Of a DNA stretch of 34,983 nt, positions 1 to 9,568 are shown piece by piece; position 1 is the stretch's first letter, and each line of letters opens with the position of its first letter. A program made the position numbers and the translations under genes. Source of the stretch: a virus. Taxonomy: Duplodnaviria > Heunggongvirae > Uroviricota > Caudoviricetes. A model generated the notes under the pieces. It was not told the origin of the DNA and searched no databases. It saw only the letters and a program-made list of their open reading frames with translations. The DNA lies in the IMG/VR virus record IMGVR_UViG_3300045988_118832. One strand, written 5' to 3'.

Positions 1-681
1 ACCTGAAGGCGCGCGAAATACCCAGGAAATTTCGTTACCACCGGGATTGTGAAACACTTCGCTGGTATACCTGAAATCACGTACTGCACCAGAATCGGTG
101 CTGCTGATAGTGATATCGCTACTGCCATCAAACAGCACATTGTTAATCCTGCGGGCCGTCTGAAGCCGGGTTGCCGTTCCGGCGTTGCCGCTGATGTTGT
201 TGATGGTGATATCCGAAGTCAGGGGCATGTTGTTGACCTTACGCGCTTTTGGCACACCGCTGATGTTATCCAGAAACAATTGTTTATTCGGGATGTCTGC
301 GCCGTTACGGTCTTTTGCCAGTCTGGCGTTTGCGTTATCCATCGCAATCCTGACCGCTTTTGGTGTAGCCGCTTCTGTTTCTGATTCACTGTTAACAGCA
401 CTGTTAAGCCGCACTACGCCTTTTTGCGTCAGCGATGCATCCGGGACTTTCTGGCCAATAAACGAGGTCAGCGCCTCAACCAGCTGGTTTTGTTTTTCCG
501 GGTCAGGGGTGACGCCAGCCTCTTTAAGGACGTTAATCACCTCCTGCTGCAAATCACGCGTTGCTGCCTGATGATTATTCATAAATTCAGCAGTAACGAT
601 GGTTCCCTCAATTCCCTGAGTCGGGTCACCATCATGAAATAACTTATCCGGCGTATTCACCGGGGGCATTAAACTCTGCAT
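1..681 (-). CDS. Tail fibre protein, N-terminal 227 codons; 3' end beyond window start
   Basis: Not in the ORF track because it runs off the edge. Hand translation: MQSLMPPVNTPDKLFHDGDPTQGIEG...DASLTQKGVVRLNSAVNSESETEAATPKAVRIAMD..., the conserved tail-fibre motif as I recall it from P2 gpH. ATG at 681-679 with AGGAGA 6 nt upstream; no stop through position 1. Confidence 0.7.
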   Translation of the reverse strand, partial: MQSLMPPVNTPDKLFHDGDPTQGIEGTIVTAEFMNNHQAATRDLQQEVINVLKEAGVTPDPEKQNQLVEALTSFIGQKVPDASLTQKGVVRLNSAVNSESETEAATPKAVRIAMDNANARLAKDRNGADIPNKQLFLDNISGVPKARKVNNMPLTSDITINNISGNAGTATRLQTARRINNVLFDGSSDITISSTDSGAVRDFRYTSEVFHNPGGNEISWVFRAPSG

Positions 682-727
682 TATTTCTCCTGTAGTTATT
701 ACAAATAAACAACATCAGACCTTTTGT

Positions 728-1684
728 TTAAGGCTCTGTGATAACGGCAAAGTGCAGCCCATTATGGTTAACTACTAATGGGGTACTGCTGTTATTTGCT
801 GTTTGTAAATGTATTTTGTTAATTGTCATCGGCTCCGTGGTCTGCCTTCCCGACTGCCACAGAACGGTATTAACTGTCAGTGGTTCAATAGTTCGCCGCT
901 CCGACAATAGTTGCATTCTGTTAATCAGCAATGGTTCCTGACTCAGGTTTCCCGCCTGAAGCTGCGTATTGTTGATTGTGAGCGGTTTACCTTTCAGAAC
1001 AGGAATAACTGCAAAATGCATTCCGGCATTATTTATCAGCAGAGGCGCATCAGCATGACATACTGACTGAAACTGAATTCTGTTAATTGTCAGTGGTGAT
1101 ACTGGCTCTGGCTGAGATGTGATTTCATAAGTGAAATAACAGTCTGTAAAAGCCGGTTTAAGGTCTTTAAACGTGTTTTCTAAAATGGATTCACCAAAGG
1201 CCGTCAGCGGTTCGCCGGTTGCCGATGCGCCCGTTCTGAACCGGTAGACAGGTGTTTTTGTCCCGATAACATTGACCTGCCACGCCCAGCGGATTTCTGG
1301 TATCAGCAGGCGGTCGCCGCAGCGGTTTATCCCCACCCGGAATGGTCGCGGCTCCGTAATGGTGATGGTGTAGCCCAGACTGGCGGCAAGGCTTTTGAAG
1401 TAAGGGATTGACAGCCCCCCCGTGGCAGCCATTTTTACCAGAATGTTCTGACGCCGCTCCTGTTGTGTTGCCCCTTCACGAGGAATAACACCGTACACGC
1501 GCTCCCAGTCGGACAGCGTCATCGATGCCTGCAACGGGGTGATTTGTGTCAGAACGCGCGCCGCTGACGCCTTCACGACTTCCATGACGTCAGCCTCGGC
1601 TGTCAGTTCTGCGGAAATATATTTCCCGTTCAGGTCATAACTGACAGGTGGCAGCATGGCGCGAAATAAATCGACCATATTCAT
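728..1684 (-). CDS. Mu gp48-like tail/baseplate protein (DUF2313/YmfQ-like N-terminus, by recollection) with a seven-fold C-terminal repeat
   Basis: ORF 728..1720; preferred start is the ATG at 1684 (MNMVDLF...) with GAGGGG 7 nt upstream, just after the stop of the upstream gene. Position between J-like gene and fibre. C-terminal ~115 aa are tandem ~17-20 aa units (PLTINRIQFQ, PLLINNAGMHFAVI, PLTINNTQLQ, PLLINRMQLL, PLTVNTVLWQ, PMTINKIHLQ, PLVVNHNGLHFAVI). Confidence 0.6.
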   Translation of the reverse strand: MNMVDLFRAMLPPVSYDLNGKYISAELTAEADVMEVVKASAARVLTQITPLQASMTLSDWERVYGVIPREGATQQERRQNILVKMAATGGLSIPYFKSLAASLGYTITITEPRPFRVGINRCGDRLLIPEIRWAWQVNVIGTKTPVYRFRTGASATGEPLTAFGESILENTFKDLKPAFTDCYFTYEITSQPEPVSPLTINRIQFQSVCHADAPLLINNAGMHFAVIPVLKGKPLTINNTQLQAGNLSQEPLLINRMQLLSERRTIEPLTVNTVLWQSGRQTTEPMTINKIHLQTANNSSTPLVVNHNGLHFAVITEP

Positions 1685-1688
1685 AAAA

Positions 1689-2768
1689 TCACCCCTCGCG
1701 CGGAAAAGGCTGAATATCAATATTTCCCGGGCGCAACCATTCCCACGTTGACGCGTTAATAATGGCTTTTACGTTGTCCGCTGGCGTAATGATTCGCCGG
1801 TCACTGACACCGGAAATTAATGAAATCTGGGTTTCCAGTTGTGAAATTATTAATTCCTGCCCCGGCTCCAGCCGGTTCATAAAATCCGTGATAACGTCAG
1901 TTATTTGCGGTTTTATCTGCTCAACGGTCAGGCCGCTGGTTTTTACCCGGACAACGAAATCAACGGCTTTTTTCGTCGGGGCCAGCACCATCGTGTCCTT
2001 CGCTGTGACCGGGCGGACTTCCTCAATATGTGCCAGCACGGCATTAATCAGTTCCTGTGAGGGAAGGTCATTGGCTGACGTAATGGCCACATCAACCGTT
2101 CCCAGCCCACGACGCAATGACTCCACATATGCCGAGGTAACACCATCCACTTCCAGCGCCCAGCGTTTGTAATCATATTTGTTACCGCCAGCGGGCGGCC
2201 TGCGCAGAATATCCAGATAACGCGCCAGCAGGTCGGCGTCACTTTCCCTGTCCGTTCCGCCGGTCAGGGATTTAATCGTCACCGTGCTGTTGATGCCTTC
2301 CGGCGGACTGACCAGCGTTGCCGTCTGCGTTGTGGATGCGTTCGTATGTGCGCCCGTGGTGGTGCTTTTTGCCGTCACCTCCGCGCTGCCTTCATCACCG
2401 ATGGTGCAGTCTGCGGTGGTGGCCAAGCTGACACCTTCACCACGAATTTCCGCACCGGCTGGCAGCATCTTACCGGGTGTGCCGGTAATCACTGCCGGGC
2501 CGGATGAGGCCGTTGCTTTTTTACGAAAAACATTGCGTGCGCGGCAGTGCAGCTCCAGATATTCAGGGTCTGCCGTGTCAGGAAACACCTGACGGAGTAT
2601 CCACCCCTGATGCATATAAAGCCCGTCAGCCACGCCAGATACGGCATTTGCACGAATGCGGTAATCGCTGTCAGCGCCGGTGTCGATGGTTTCTCCCGGC
2701 AGGGCGTTAGCGATATCACGTAGCTGGCGTTCTGTGTTTTCAGCAACGCCCGGAACTGGAAACGGCAT
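1689..2768 (-). CDS. Baseplate J-like protein (Mu gp47-like)
   Basis: 359 aa ORF; size and position between the gp46-like and gp48-like genes. Confidence 0.75.
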   Translation of the reverse strand: MPFPVPGVAENTERQLRDIANALPGETIDTGADSDYRIRANAVSGVADGLYMHQGWILRQVFPDTADPEYLELHCRARNVFRKKATASSGPAVITGTPGKMLPAGAEIRGEGVSLATTADCTIGDEGSAEVTAKSTTTGAHTNASTTQTATLVSPPEGINSTVTIKSLTGGTDRESDADLLARYLDILRRPPAGGNKYDYKRWALEVDGVTSAYVESLRRGLGTVDVAITSANDLPSQELINAVLAHIEEVRPVTAKDTMVLAPTKKAVDFVVRVKTSGLTVEQIKPQITDVITDFMNRLEPGQELIISQLETQISLISGVSDRRIITPADNVKAIINASTWEWLRPGNIDIQPFPREG

Positions 2769-3118
2769 TACATAATCCTCACAGGGTGTTCAAACGTCTG
2801 CGGTGTGCCCGCGTTATCCGTGACGGTGATTAACAGCAACAACCAGCCGCGCTGGCCCGCTTTCGTGTCAACGGTAATGGATTTTGCCCGCCCGTCATCA
2901 AGCAGGGGCTGAAGCGCCTGACTGGCATACTGCGCCGCCAGCCTGTGAACACGGGAAACGTCTTTTTCCCGCTTCAGTTCGTGCAGGCGTGACCCCAGCG
3001 ACGCATCCGCCCAGTAACTGCCAAGCGGCGTCGCCAGTCGCAGATAAACCGCGTTATGAAGTGTATAAATCCGGCGGCGTTCGTAGTCGCCGGTTGCAGG
3101 TGAAATCGTCTGGTCCAT
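2768..3118 (-). CDS. Baseplate wedge protein, GPW/gp25 family (Mu gp46-like)
   Basis: 116 aa ORF, ATG at 3118, conserved position after the V-like gene. Confidence 0.65.
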   Translation of the reverse strand: MDQTISPATGDYERRRIYTLHNAVYLRLATPLGSYWADASLGSRLHELKREKDVSRVHRLAAQYASQALQPLLDDGRAKSITVDTKAGQRGWLLLLITVTDNAGTPQTFEHPVRIM

Positions 3119-3158
3119 GCCGCCAGTCTGGCAGCATGGACAGGCCAGAATCAGGTGA

Positions 3159-3171
3159 GGGTGTTCAGCAC
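3159..3171 (-). promoter_or_regulatory. Dyad element GGGTGTTCAGCAC, tail/baseplate block copy
   Basis: Sits between the V-like gene stop (3172) and the gp46-like gene start (3118). Confidence 0.45.
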
Positions 3172-3825
3172 TTAATTAACCGGCGTGTCAGACATGCCGT
3201 GTGGGGTCGGGTGTTTGTGCGTTCCGATTTTAATGCCATTAATGGTGACGTCAACGGAGGTAATCACACCACCCACATGGTTGATGTTGCCTTCAAAGGT
3301 GGCGGCATATTTCTTGCCCCCACTGATGGCCATGCCACCACTGCCGGTGATTTTACCTTCCACTGTCAGCTTATCGCTGGCCGTCAGTAACGGTGTCGTG
3401 AATGCGGCGTTCTCCTCTGCCTCAACCTCATAGCGTTTGCATTTCACCCGGTAAACGTCACATTCGGTTTCAACAATCCGCCCGCGCTTCAGTACGATTT
3501 TCGCGCCTTCATCGGTATACAGGGCCACCTCGCCGGGTTTCAGTTCCGTCAGGCGATATGCGCCGTGCTCTGTGGCCACGATGACGGTATGGGAGGTATT
3601 ACCGTTCAGCGGAACGGCAATACCCATAGAGCCGGGCGGCGGGGATGTGGTGAGGCCGTAATGCTGAAAATACTCCGCACCGTCCAGCTGCTCGCCTGCC
3701 AGCCCGTTCAGCTGGAGAAGCTGTACTTTGGTCGAACTGTCCACCGTACCGGTCACCACCCTGAATGCCTGGCGAACGGTGGCCAGTGCCTGCTGTATGC
3801 GCTGATTAACCTTGTCCCACATCAT
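3172..3825 (-). CDS. Baseplate assembly protein V-like / spike (Mu gp45-like)
   Basis: 217 aa ORF between the P-like hub gene and the gp46-like gene. Confidence 0.65.
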   Translation of the reverse strand: MMWDKVNQRIQQALATVRQAFRVVTGTVDSSTKVQLLQLNGLAGEQLDGAEYFQHYGLTTSPPPGSMGIAVPLNGNTSHTVIVATEHGAYRLTELKPGEVALYTDEGAKIVLKRGRIVETECDVYRVKCKRYEVEAEENAAFTTPLLTASDKLTVEGKITGSGGMAISGGKKYAATFEGNINHVGGVITSVDVTINGIKIGTHKHPTPHGMSDTPVN

Positions 3826-5033
3826 TTCTCCCAGACCTTAACAATGGCGACCTCTTTTTTCTTTTTGCCCCTGCGGTGATGGCGTTTCTTCTCACGCGGG
3901 AAGGCGTCAGGTATCCACACGCCGTCCTCCTTAAAGCGAAGCCGGGTTGTCTGCCCGTTCCGGCCTCCGCTGAACTCACGCCCCATAAGGAAAAAGATGG
4001 CATCAATGCCGTGGAGTTCGCTGACAATCCGCACACGCTGGCCGGGCTGCCACAGGACACCGTCCGCCGTGCGATGGCCTGCAACCAGTGCAACGATATC
4101 CAGCCCCGACAGACGGGCATCACTCATCATTTTTTTTGCGCGCCAGTTCACCTGCTCCATGTTACTGGTGTCGCCCTGGGTGATTATCTGCGGGCGGTAA
4201 TAATCCACGGTGGGGTCGGTGGCCACGGCTTTCATGTTATGAATGCCTGTCTGACCACCACCTGCATTACCGCTGCCCTGCCCGGATAATGTGCGCACGC
4301 TGCCGTCCTCGTTCCAGATGTCCAGTGGCACCACGGCTACCTGTTTCTTGCTGTCTGCGCGGCGGGCGTGGCTCTGAGCCAGTACTGTCAGTTCGGAGAA
4401 ACAGCCGTTAATGGACCTGGTATCGTCCAGCTCCATCACGTTGTTCCCGGTACCGTCCAGCTTCAGAATCAGCGTGTCCACCGGCGTGGTGGTGTAGTCA
4501 GGGCCACCCACAACCAGCGTACCGTCAGGCTCAAACCACGGCCATAAGCCGCGACCGGCGGCAGCTTTAGCCAGTGCATCCCACGCACGCATCCCCGGCT
4601 CTATAACGACCTTGTCATTACGTGACACACCAGACGCCTGAATACGGATGCGTTGTATCCCCAGCGGTCTGACTATCCTGTCGATGACCTCGTCCAGTGT
4701 CAGCTGATTGGCGCTGAACACCGGCGCGGCACAGTCCACCAGAATGGCGGCATCATCACGCCCGGACAGGGTCAGCGTGCAGCTCTGACGGGATACACTG
4801 CGGCGCACGCTGTCCACGCGACCACTAAGGACCGTCTCATCTCCCACCTGCAAACGGACTGGCGCACCCCGGACGATATCCGCCGGGAACACCTTTTCAG
4901 GCAGTCCCAGCTGAAGCTGCCACCCGTCGGCTGCTTTCAGGAAATCGCTGTCAATACGATAACTGCTCCAGTCAGAATGCGATCTTCCGGCAATGACCAG
5001 GCTGATTTTGTCGTCGTTATTTTGCATAGGCAT
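3822..5033 (-). CDS. Tail/baseplate hub protein (Mu P / gp44-like)
   Basis: 403 aa ORF following the N-like gene, 4-nt overlap with the next gene. Confidence 0.7.
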   Translation of the reverse strand: MPMQNNDDKISLVIAGRSHSDWSSYRIDSDFLKAADGWQLQLGLPEKVFPADIVRGAPVRLQVGDETVLSGRVDSVRRSVSRQSCTLTLSGRDDAAILVDCAAPVFSANQLTLDEVIDRIVRPLGIQRIRIQASGVSRNDKVVIEPGMRAWDALAKAAAGRGLWPWFEPDGTLVVGGPDYTTTPVDTLILKLDGTGNNVMELDDTRSINGCFSELTVLAQSHARRADSKKQVAVVPLDIWNEDGSVRTLSGQGSGNAGGGQTGIHNMKAVATDPTVDYYRPQIITQGDTSNMEQVNWRAKKMMSDARLSGLDIVALVAGHRTADGVLWQPGQRVRIVSELHGIDAIFFLMGREFSGGRNGQTTRLRFKEDGVWIPDAFPREKKRHHRRGKKKKEVAIVKVWEK

Positions 5034-6366
5034 TAATCACCATCCCGGCGGTTATGTTGTTCGGGTCACGCAGCTGCGGGTTCAGACGTTGCAGCTCTGC
5101 CGCACGGCTGTAATCACCGTACCACTGCCACGCCAGCAACAGCAGGCAACCGTCCGCCTGCACCTGTTTCTGCGTCAGCGGTGGGCGGCGTGACAGAGTC
5201 AGCAGGCCGACATCCTGCACGGATGCCGCCACGTTCTTCATGCTCTGAATGATTTCCGGGTACATCAGCCCCAGCGGTGATGCGGTTTCGGTTATCCGTT
5301 CGCGTTCGCCTTCATAGCGTTCACGGAACAGCGTGATGGCTGCCTGTAAGCGGGTGCGCACATCCCCGACCAGTCGCCCGATATCCGCCGGTATAAGCTG
5401 CTCTGACTGGGCCTCATCTGACAGTATCGCCGTCGCCACGCTGGCCAGCTCTGAGGCTGCCAGAACCGCATAAGCCGCTTTCACGTCGTGCACGTCTTCC
5501 ACGGACGCATCCGGCGGAAGTGCCACAGACGGCGTTTTATCACCGCTGACCAGTGCGACCGGCAGCGCGACCAGCTCATCCATATCTGCCATCACCTCAT
5601 TCCAGCAGGTCATCACTGTCGCAGAACTGGCGACGTTGTCTTCCCCGGTCAGTCCGGTCGTGGTGGCGGAATCACTACGCGCCAGAACCGGCACCGCGTG
5701 CCCGACATCTGACGTGTGGATTTCCAGCACCTCTGCCAGCCCGCCGATAAACTTTCCGGGTTCGCTGGTCAGTGACACAACATTTTCGACTGTGGAGAAT
5801 GAATCACTTTTGAACGTCAGCAGGGTATTTACCAGCGTGGCACGCACTGCCTGGATTTTTTTAATCACGCTGTTAATGGTCTTTAAAGGGGGCGTAACAG
5901 CGTCAAAAAATTCGCTTAACTGTGCCAGTAACTTATCCAGTTCTTCAAATAACTGCTGTGCAAACAGCTCTGGTAACGGGGTGCAGAACAACGCGCTGCC
6001 GGTACGGCTCTCCAGAAAGCTCATGTCGATGATGCAGCTGTCCGGGCTTTCTGCGTCATGGCGAATGCTGTAGCCGGTCACAATCACCGACGGTACGGAG
6101 CCGTAAACCGGGTGAATCAGCTCACCATCGCCGCCTTCGTCCAGGGCAGCGATCAGCTTTTCAAGTTTATATTCGTAATACTCCCCCCACAGGAACGCCG
6201 TCATGCGGAACGGTCGCGCCTTGCGTCCGAGGTCGTGCAAATCTGCCCCGTCAACAAACGGGTATTCATAGACCGCATGGTCGCGGCTGATTTGTTCATC
6301 CGTGTTCAGTACATCAAACTGCACGCCACGAAAGGAGGCGTTTTGCAGGTTTTCAGCCCAGCCCAT
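5017..6366 (-). CDS. DNA circulation protein (Mu N / gp43-like)
   Basis: 449 aa ORF immediately after the tape measure gene, as in Mu. Confidence 0.7.
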   Translation of the reverse strand: MGWAENLQNASFRGVQFDVLNTDEQISRDHAVYEYPFVDGADLHDLGRKARPFRMTAFLWGEYYEYKLEKLIAALDEGGDGELIHPVYGSVPSVIVTGYSIRHDAESPDSCIIDMSFLESRTGSALFCTPLPELFAQQLFEELDKLLAQLSEFFDAVTPPLKTINSVIKKIQAVRATLVNTLLTFKSDSFSTVENVVSLTSEPGKFIGGLAEVLEIHTSDVGHAVPVLARSDSATTTGLTGEDNVASSATVMTCWNEVMADMDELVALPVALVSGDKTPSVALPPDASVEDVHDVKAAYAVLAASELASVATAILSDEAQSEQLIPADIGRLVGDVRTRLQAAITLFRERYEGERERITETASPLGLMYPEIIQSMKNVAASVQDVGLLTLSRRPPLTQKQVQADGCLLLLAWQWYGDYSRAAELQRLNPQLRDPNNITAGMVINAYAK

Positions 6367-8639
6367 CAGTAAGTTCCCCCCGTGCCTCTGTTACCGTCCT
6401 GAAGGTTGTATTTGTTCACTGCTTCCGCCACAATCTGACCATCGAGCACCAGTTGTGTGGTGAAATTAATGGGGCTGGCAGGTGGCCCCCAGTGCGTGAG
6501 GTATCCCGGCTGGGTGATGCGTCCGGGTTGCGTTGATACTGATTCAGGCGTTGTGTTTCCGGCGGCTTTGTTGACCTGCGCCGGTGATGGCAGGGCATCA
6601 GCTGCGGCTTTTTTCCTGTCTTCCTCCCAGCGCCTCAACCACTCTTCGTTTTCGGTGGAGTAGCCTTCCCCAAACTGCCACCACGGCTGGTATTTTTTGC
6701 GGGCAGCATCGATGATTTCCTGGGGATATCGGGCGCGGATGCGCTTCCAGCGTTCCTCGCTTCCTTCGACGGCGGCGTCTTCTTCCGGGCTGGTTGCGGT
6801 GGCCAGTGCCGTAACGGTGCCACCGAAAGAAAGCAGGCTACCGGCAATGCCGGGGAATTTAAATCCTTTGCCTTTTTTGACCGTGTTTTCAATTACATCA
6901 CCGACAACCTCGCCAGCCTTGCCACCGGTTTTACCCCCGGTCAGGATTTTGATCCCGGCCCATGTCAGAGCCGCTGCGGTCATCGCTTCAATGGCGGTCG
7001 TGGCACCCACCACTGCCGTGGTCAGTCCCGGAAATTTTTCACCCGCCCAGCTTATGGCATCGGCCACAGTACCGGACGCATCAGCCAGCTTTTTCATGCT
7101 GTCCATTTGTGAAAATTCAAGCGTGTTTTTGGCCTGTTCGGTTTTAAAGTCATTGAGGCCGGATATGAATTTAAAATCCACATCACCCGCGCGCTGACCT
7201 TCCGGCAGGGTGCGCTGCTGATTAATCGCGTCTTCAACCTTTTTCCGGTATTCAGGGTTGTTACGGTAAGCCAGCAACGCTTTTAACGCCTGTTGGTCTG
7301 CAACCAGTTTCCCGACACCAAAGCCTTCAAGGAGTTTTGCCATCGAATCATAAACAGCTGTCTGCTCGCCTTTATCCCGGGCGGAGGCCAGTTTCTTTTG
7401 CAACTCCTGAAAGCGTTTATCGCTGGCAACGATTTTGTCTATCAGACTGGACAGCGCATCTATCGGATCAAGCCCATGTTCGCGCGCCTGAACCAGCGTG
7501 CCGGAAAAATCAATTCCTTTACCGTTGTAATCAATGCTCTTTGCCGCTGTTTCAATATCGTGGCTGGTCAGTTTAGCCAGCAGGTTAAACACGTTATTTC
7601 CGGCCTCATCACTGCTTCCCGCCGTGATGGCGGCAGCTTCATTCAGCGCCAGAATCTTGACAAAATCATCCTTGCCTCTCATCCCCGCAGCTGACGCTGA
7701 CCCCAGTTGCGAAGATAACCAGCGGGCCATGTCGCTCAGTTCAAAGCTACCTTCTTTGCCCGCTGCAATTGCCATATTCAGAACGGTGGAAATATCTTCA
7801 TCCCTGAATCCAAAGGTCTTTTTACCCTTAAGCATCACATTAGCCAGGTCTGTCGCTGATGCACCGGAAGCCGTGGCGTATTTCATCAGTTCAGGCAGCC
7901 ACTTACTGGCTGTTTCAAATGAAATACCGCCATCTTTCAGCAGGGCATCCAGCGTTTCGGCGGCGTCTTCTTTCGTGCCGCCACCCCAGGTCACCGCGTT
8001 ACGGATGCTGTTTTTCATCTGCTCAAGACCAGCCCTGCGCCCCTCCAGCCCGCTATCACTGAAGGCGGTATTGGCCATCATTGCCAGCTGGCGTTCGTAG
8101 CTCATCTGCTTTTTGACCGGCTGCGCCATAATGGCAGCACCAGCTGCGATACCAGCGCCTGTTGTCACGGCATTCCCGCCAAATGCAGCCGCACGGGCAA
8201 AACGCCCCGGTTCGGGGATAACAGGCGTTTTCGCCATCTTCATCTGTGCCTGAGTGACGCCATCCAGTTCACGCTTGAGTGCCCGGGCTTTTTCCCGGGT
8301 GGCCTGCATGGCGCGTTCCTGCTCCTGCGCAGATTCAAAACCGGCACGAGCCAGACGGTTATAACTGGCAACCGTCAGATAAATTTCACGCCGGATCTCA
8401 CGCTCTGCACGAATACCGAGCGTTTCCCGGGCACGGGCGGCACGCTGTATCTCTTTTGCGGCCTTTTTCGTGCTGTTAACGCTTTCCTGTCCGGTACGCC
8501 TCTGCTCTGCGCCTGCCTTCCGTGTTGCCTTTGTTACATCTTCGGTGGCTTTGATAACCTGTTTTTGTCCCTTTTCCAGAACCTGCGAGGCTTCATCCTT
8601 CGCAGTCAGGGTCATGCCAACTTTGAAATTACCGGCCAT
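6366..8639 (-). CDS. Tail tape measure protein
   Basis: 757 aa, Ala/Gly-rich helical protein with long coiled-coil-like stretches, located between chaperone and baseplate genes. Confidence 0.85.
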   Translation of the reverse strand: MAGNFKVGMTLTAKDEASQVLEKGQKQVIKATEDVTKATRKAGAEQRRTGQESVNSTKKAAKEIQRAARARETLGIRAEREIRREIYLTVASYNRLARAGFESAQEQERAMQATREKARALKRELDGVTQAQMKMAKTPVIPEPGRFARAAAFGGNAVTTGAGIAAGAAIMAQPVKKQMSYERQLAMMANTAFSDSGLEGRRAGLEQMKNSIRNAVTWGGGTKEDAAETLDALLKDGGISFETASKWLPELMKYATASGASATDLANVMLKGKKTFGFRDEDISTVLNMAIAAGKEGSFELSDMARWLSSQLGSASAAGMRGKDDFVKILALNEAAAITAGSSDEAGNNVFNLLAKLTSHDIETAAKSIDYNGKGIDFSGTLVQAREHGLDPIDALSSLIDKIVASDKRFQELQKKLASARDKGEQTAVYDSMAKLLEGFGVGKLVADQQALKALLAYRNNPEYRKKVEDAINQQRTLPEGQRAGDVDFKFISGLNDFKTEQAKNTLEFSQMDSMKKLADASGTVADAISWAGEKFPGLTTAVVGATTAIEAMTAAALTWAGIKILTGGKTGGKAGEVVGDVIENTVKKGKGFKFPGIAGSLLSFGGTVTALATATSPEEDAAVEGSEERWKRIRARYPQEIIDAARKKYQPWWQFGEGYSTENEEWLRRWEEDRKKAAADALPSPAQVNKAAGNTTPESVSTQPGRITQPGYLTHWGPPASPINFTTQLVLDGQIVAEAVNKYNLQDGNRGTGGTY

Positions 8640-8801
8640 TTTTCTGCTTACCTTTTCTGCGTTTCTTCCTGAGGGATTTAAATGACTGGCGGGTGGTCTG
8701 TGAGGTGTCCTTCCTTCCTGAGCCGCCGCCGCTCAGCCTGTCAACGGCAGCAAGCCAGCCGTCCAGCTCGGGACGGCTCATGGTCATGATTTGATCTTCG
8801 G

Positions 8802-9185
8802 TTATTCCGTAGCGCCCGAGGATAAGGACTGCGAGCCGGAGTCCGGCGAGCCGGGATTCCCGCCGTTCCGCTTTACCTTCAGGACGTTACGTGATGCCAG
8901 CAGAATATTAAAATCGTCCGGCGTCATGTTGTCGTGCAACAAATCCGCCGTCAGTTCTTCCTGCGGGATATCCCCCAGACGGACCAGCGTTGCCGCCATC
9001 ACTGCACAGCGGTAGTAATAATCCGCCGCGAAGCCGTCCACTGTCTGAAAGCGTTCTTCAGTTTCTTCCAGTGCCTGCCCGTTATCACGCATGACCGGCA
9101 GACGCAGCTCAAAGTTTTTATGAACGGTGCCGTTAAACACCACGCCATCAGACAGTTCACCGGTCTGTGTATTAATCAAAGTCAT
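8802..9185 (-). CDS. Tail assembly chaperone (Mu gp41-like); possible -1 frameshift extension to about 8629
   Basis: 127 aa ORF between tube and tape measure. A 58-codon open frame in the -1 frame (…SRPELDGWLAAVDRLSGGG…) continues from the stop into the tape measure start. Confidence 0.5.
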   Translation of the reverse strand: MTLINTQTGELSDGVVFNGTVHKNFELRLPVMRDNGQALEETEERFQTVDGFAADYYYRCAVMAATLVRLGDIPQEELTADLLHDNMTPDDFNILLASRNVLKVKRNGGNPGSPDSGSQSLSSGATE

Positions 9186-9556
9186 CCTGTCACCTTCCTG
9201 AGTGCAGCCAGTTTGATATCAATTTTCGCTTCATTATCGACGGTGTATTTCTCACCCACTTCGGTTGTGAAGCAGTCCAGATAGGAGGTGCGCTTGCCGC
9301 TTTTACTGAGCGGGTACAACGAGATTTTCACACCTTCAAGGTTTTCCCAGTCCGGCTCGTTGGTATCAGGGATTACCGCCGAAACGGACAATTCGTAGGT
9401 GCCAATGCCCCGGGCAAAGCCTTTGGCTCTGCCGGTTTTGTTCATGGTCTTGACCAGTTTTCGCCCGGTGTTGATCTGAACATCAAGGTCGGTGATCTCG
9501 ATTTCCTGGCTGTCCACCTCCAGCACAATCGAGCCAATGTATTCATGCAGAGACAT
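9182..9556 (-). CDS. Tail tube protein (Mu M / gp40-like)
   Basis: 124 aa ORF directly downstream of the sheath gene. Confidence 0.7.
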   Translation of the reverse strand: MSLHEYIGSIVLEVDSQEIEITDLDVQINTGRKLVKTMNKTGRAKGFARGIGTYELSVSAVIPDTNEPDWENLEGVKISLYPLSKSGKRTSYLDCFTTEVGEKYTVDNEAKIDIKLAALRKVTG

Positions 9557-9568
9557 TTATCAGGCTCC

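Noticed and set aside
49-642. Three plus-strand ORFs at the window start (49..384, 185..571, 424..642)
   Set aside because: The minus strand here encodes a convincing tail-fibre N-terminus with SD and conserved motif; the plus-strand translations are low-complexity.
3806-4123. 105-aa minus-strand ORF overlapping the V-like and P-like genes
   Set aside because: Out-of-frame overlap with two conserved genes; no independent start context.
6697-8100. Plus-strand ORFs of 166 and 188 aa inside the tape measure gene
   Set aside because: Antisense to a 757-aa gene; Ser/Ala/Pro-rich translations are the mirror of the Ala/Gly-rich tape measure sequence.
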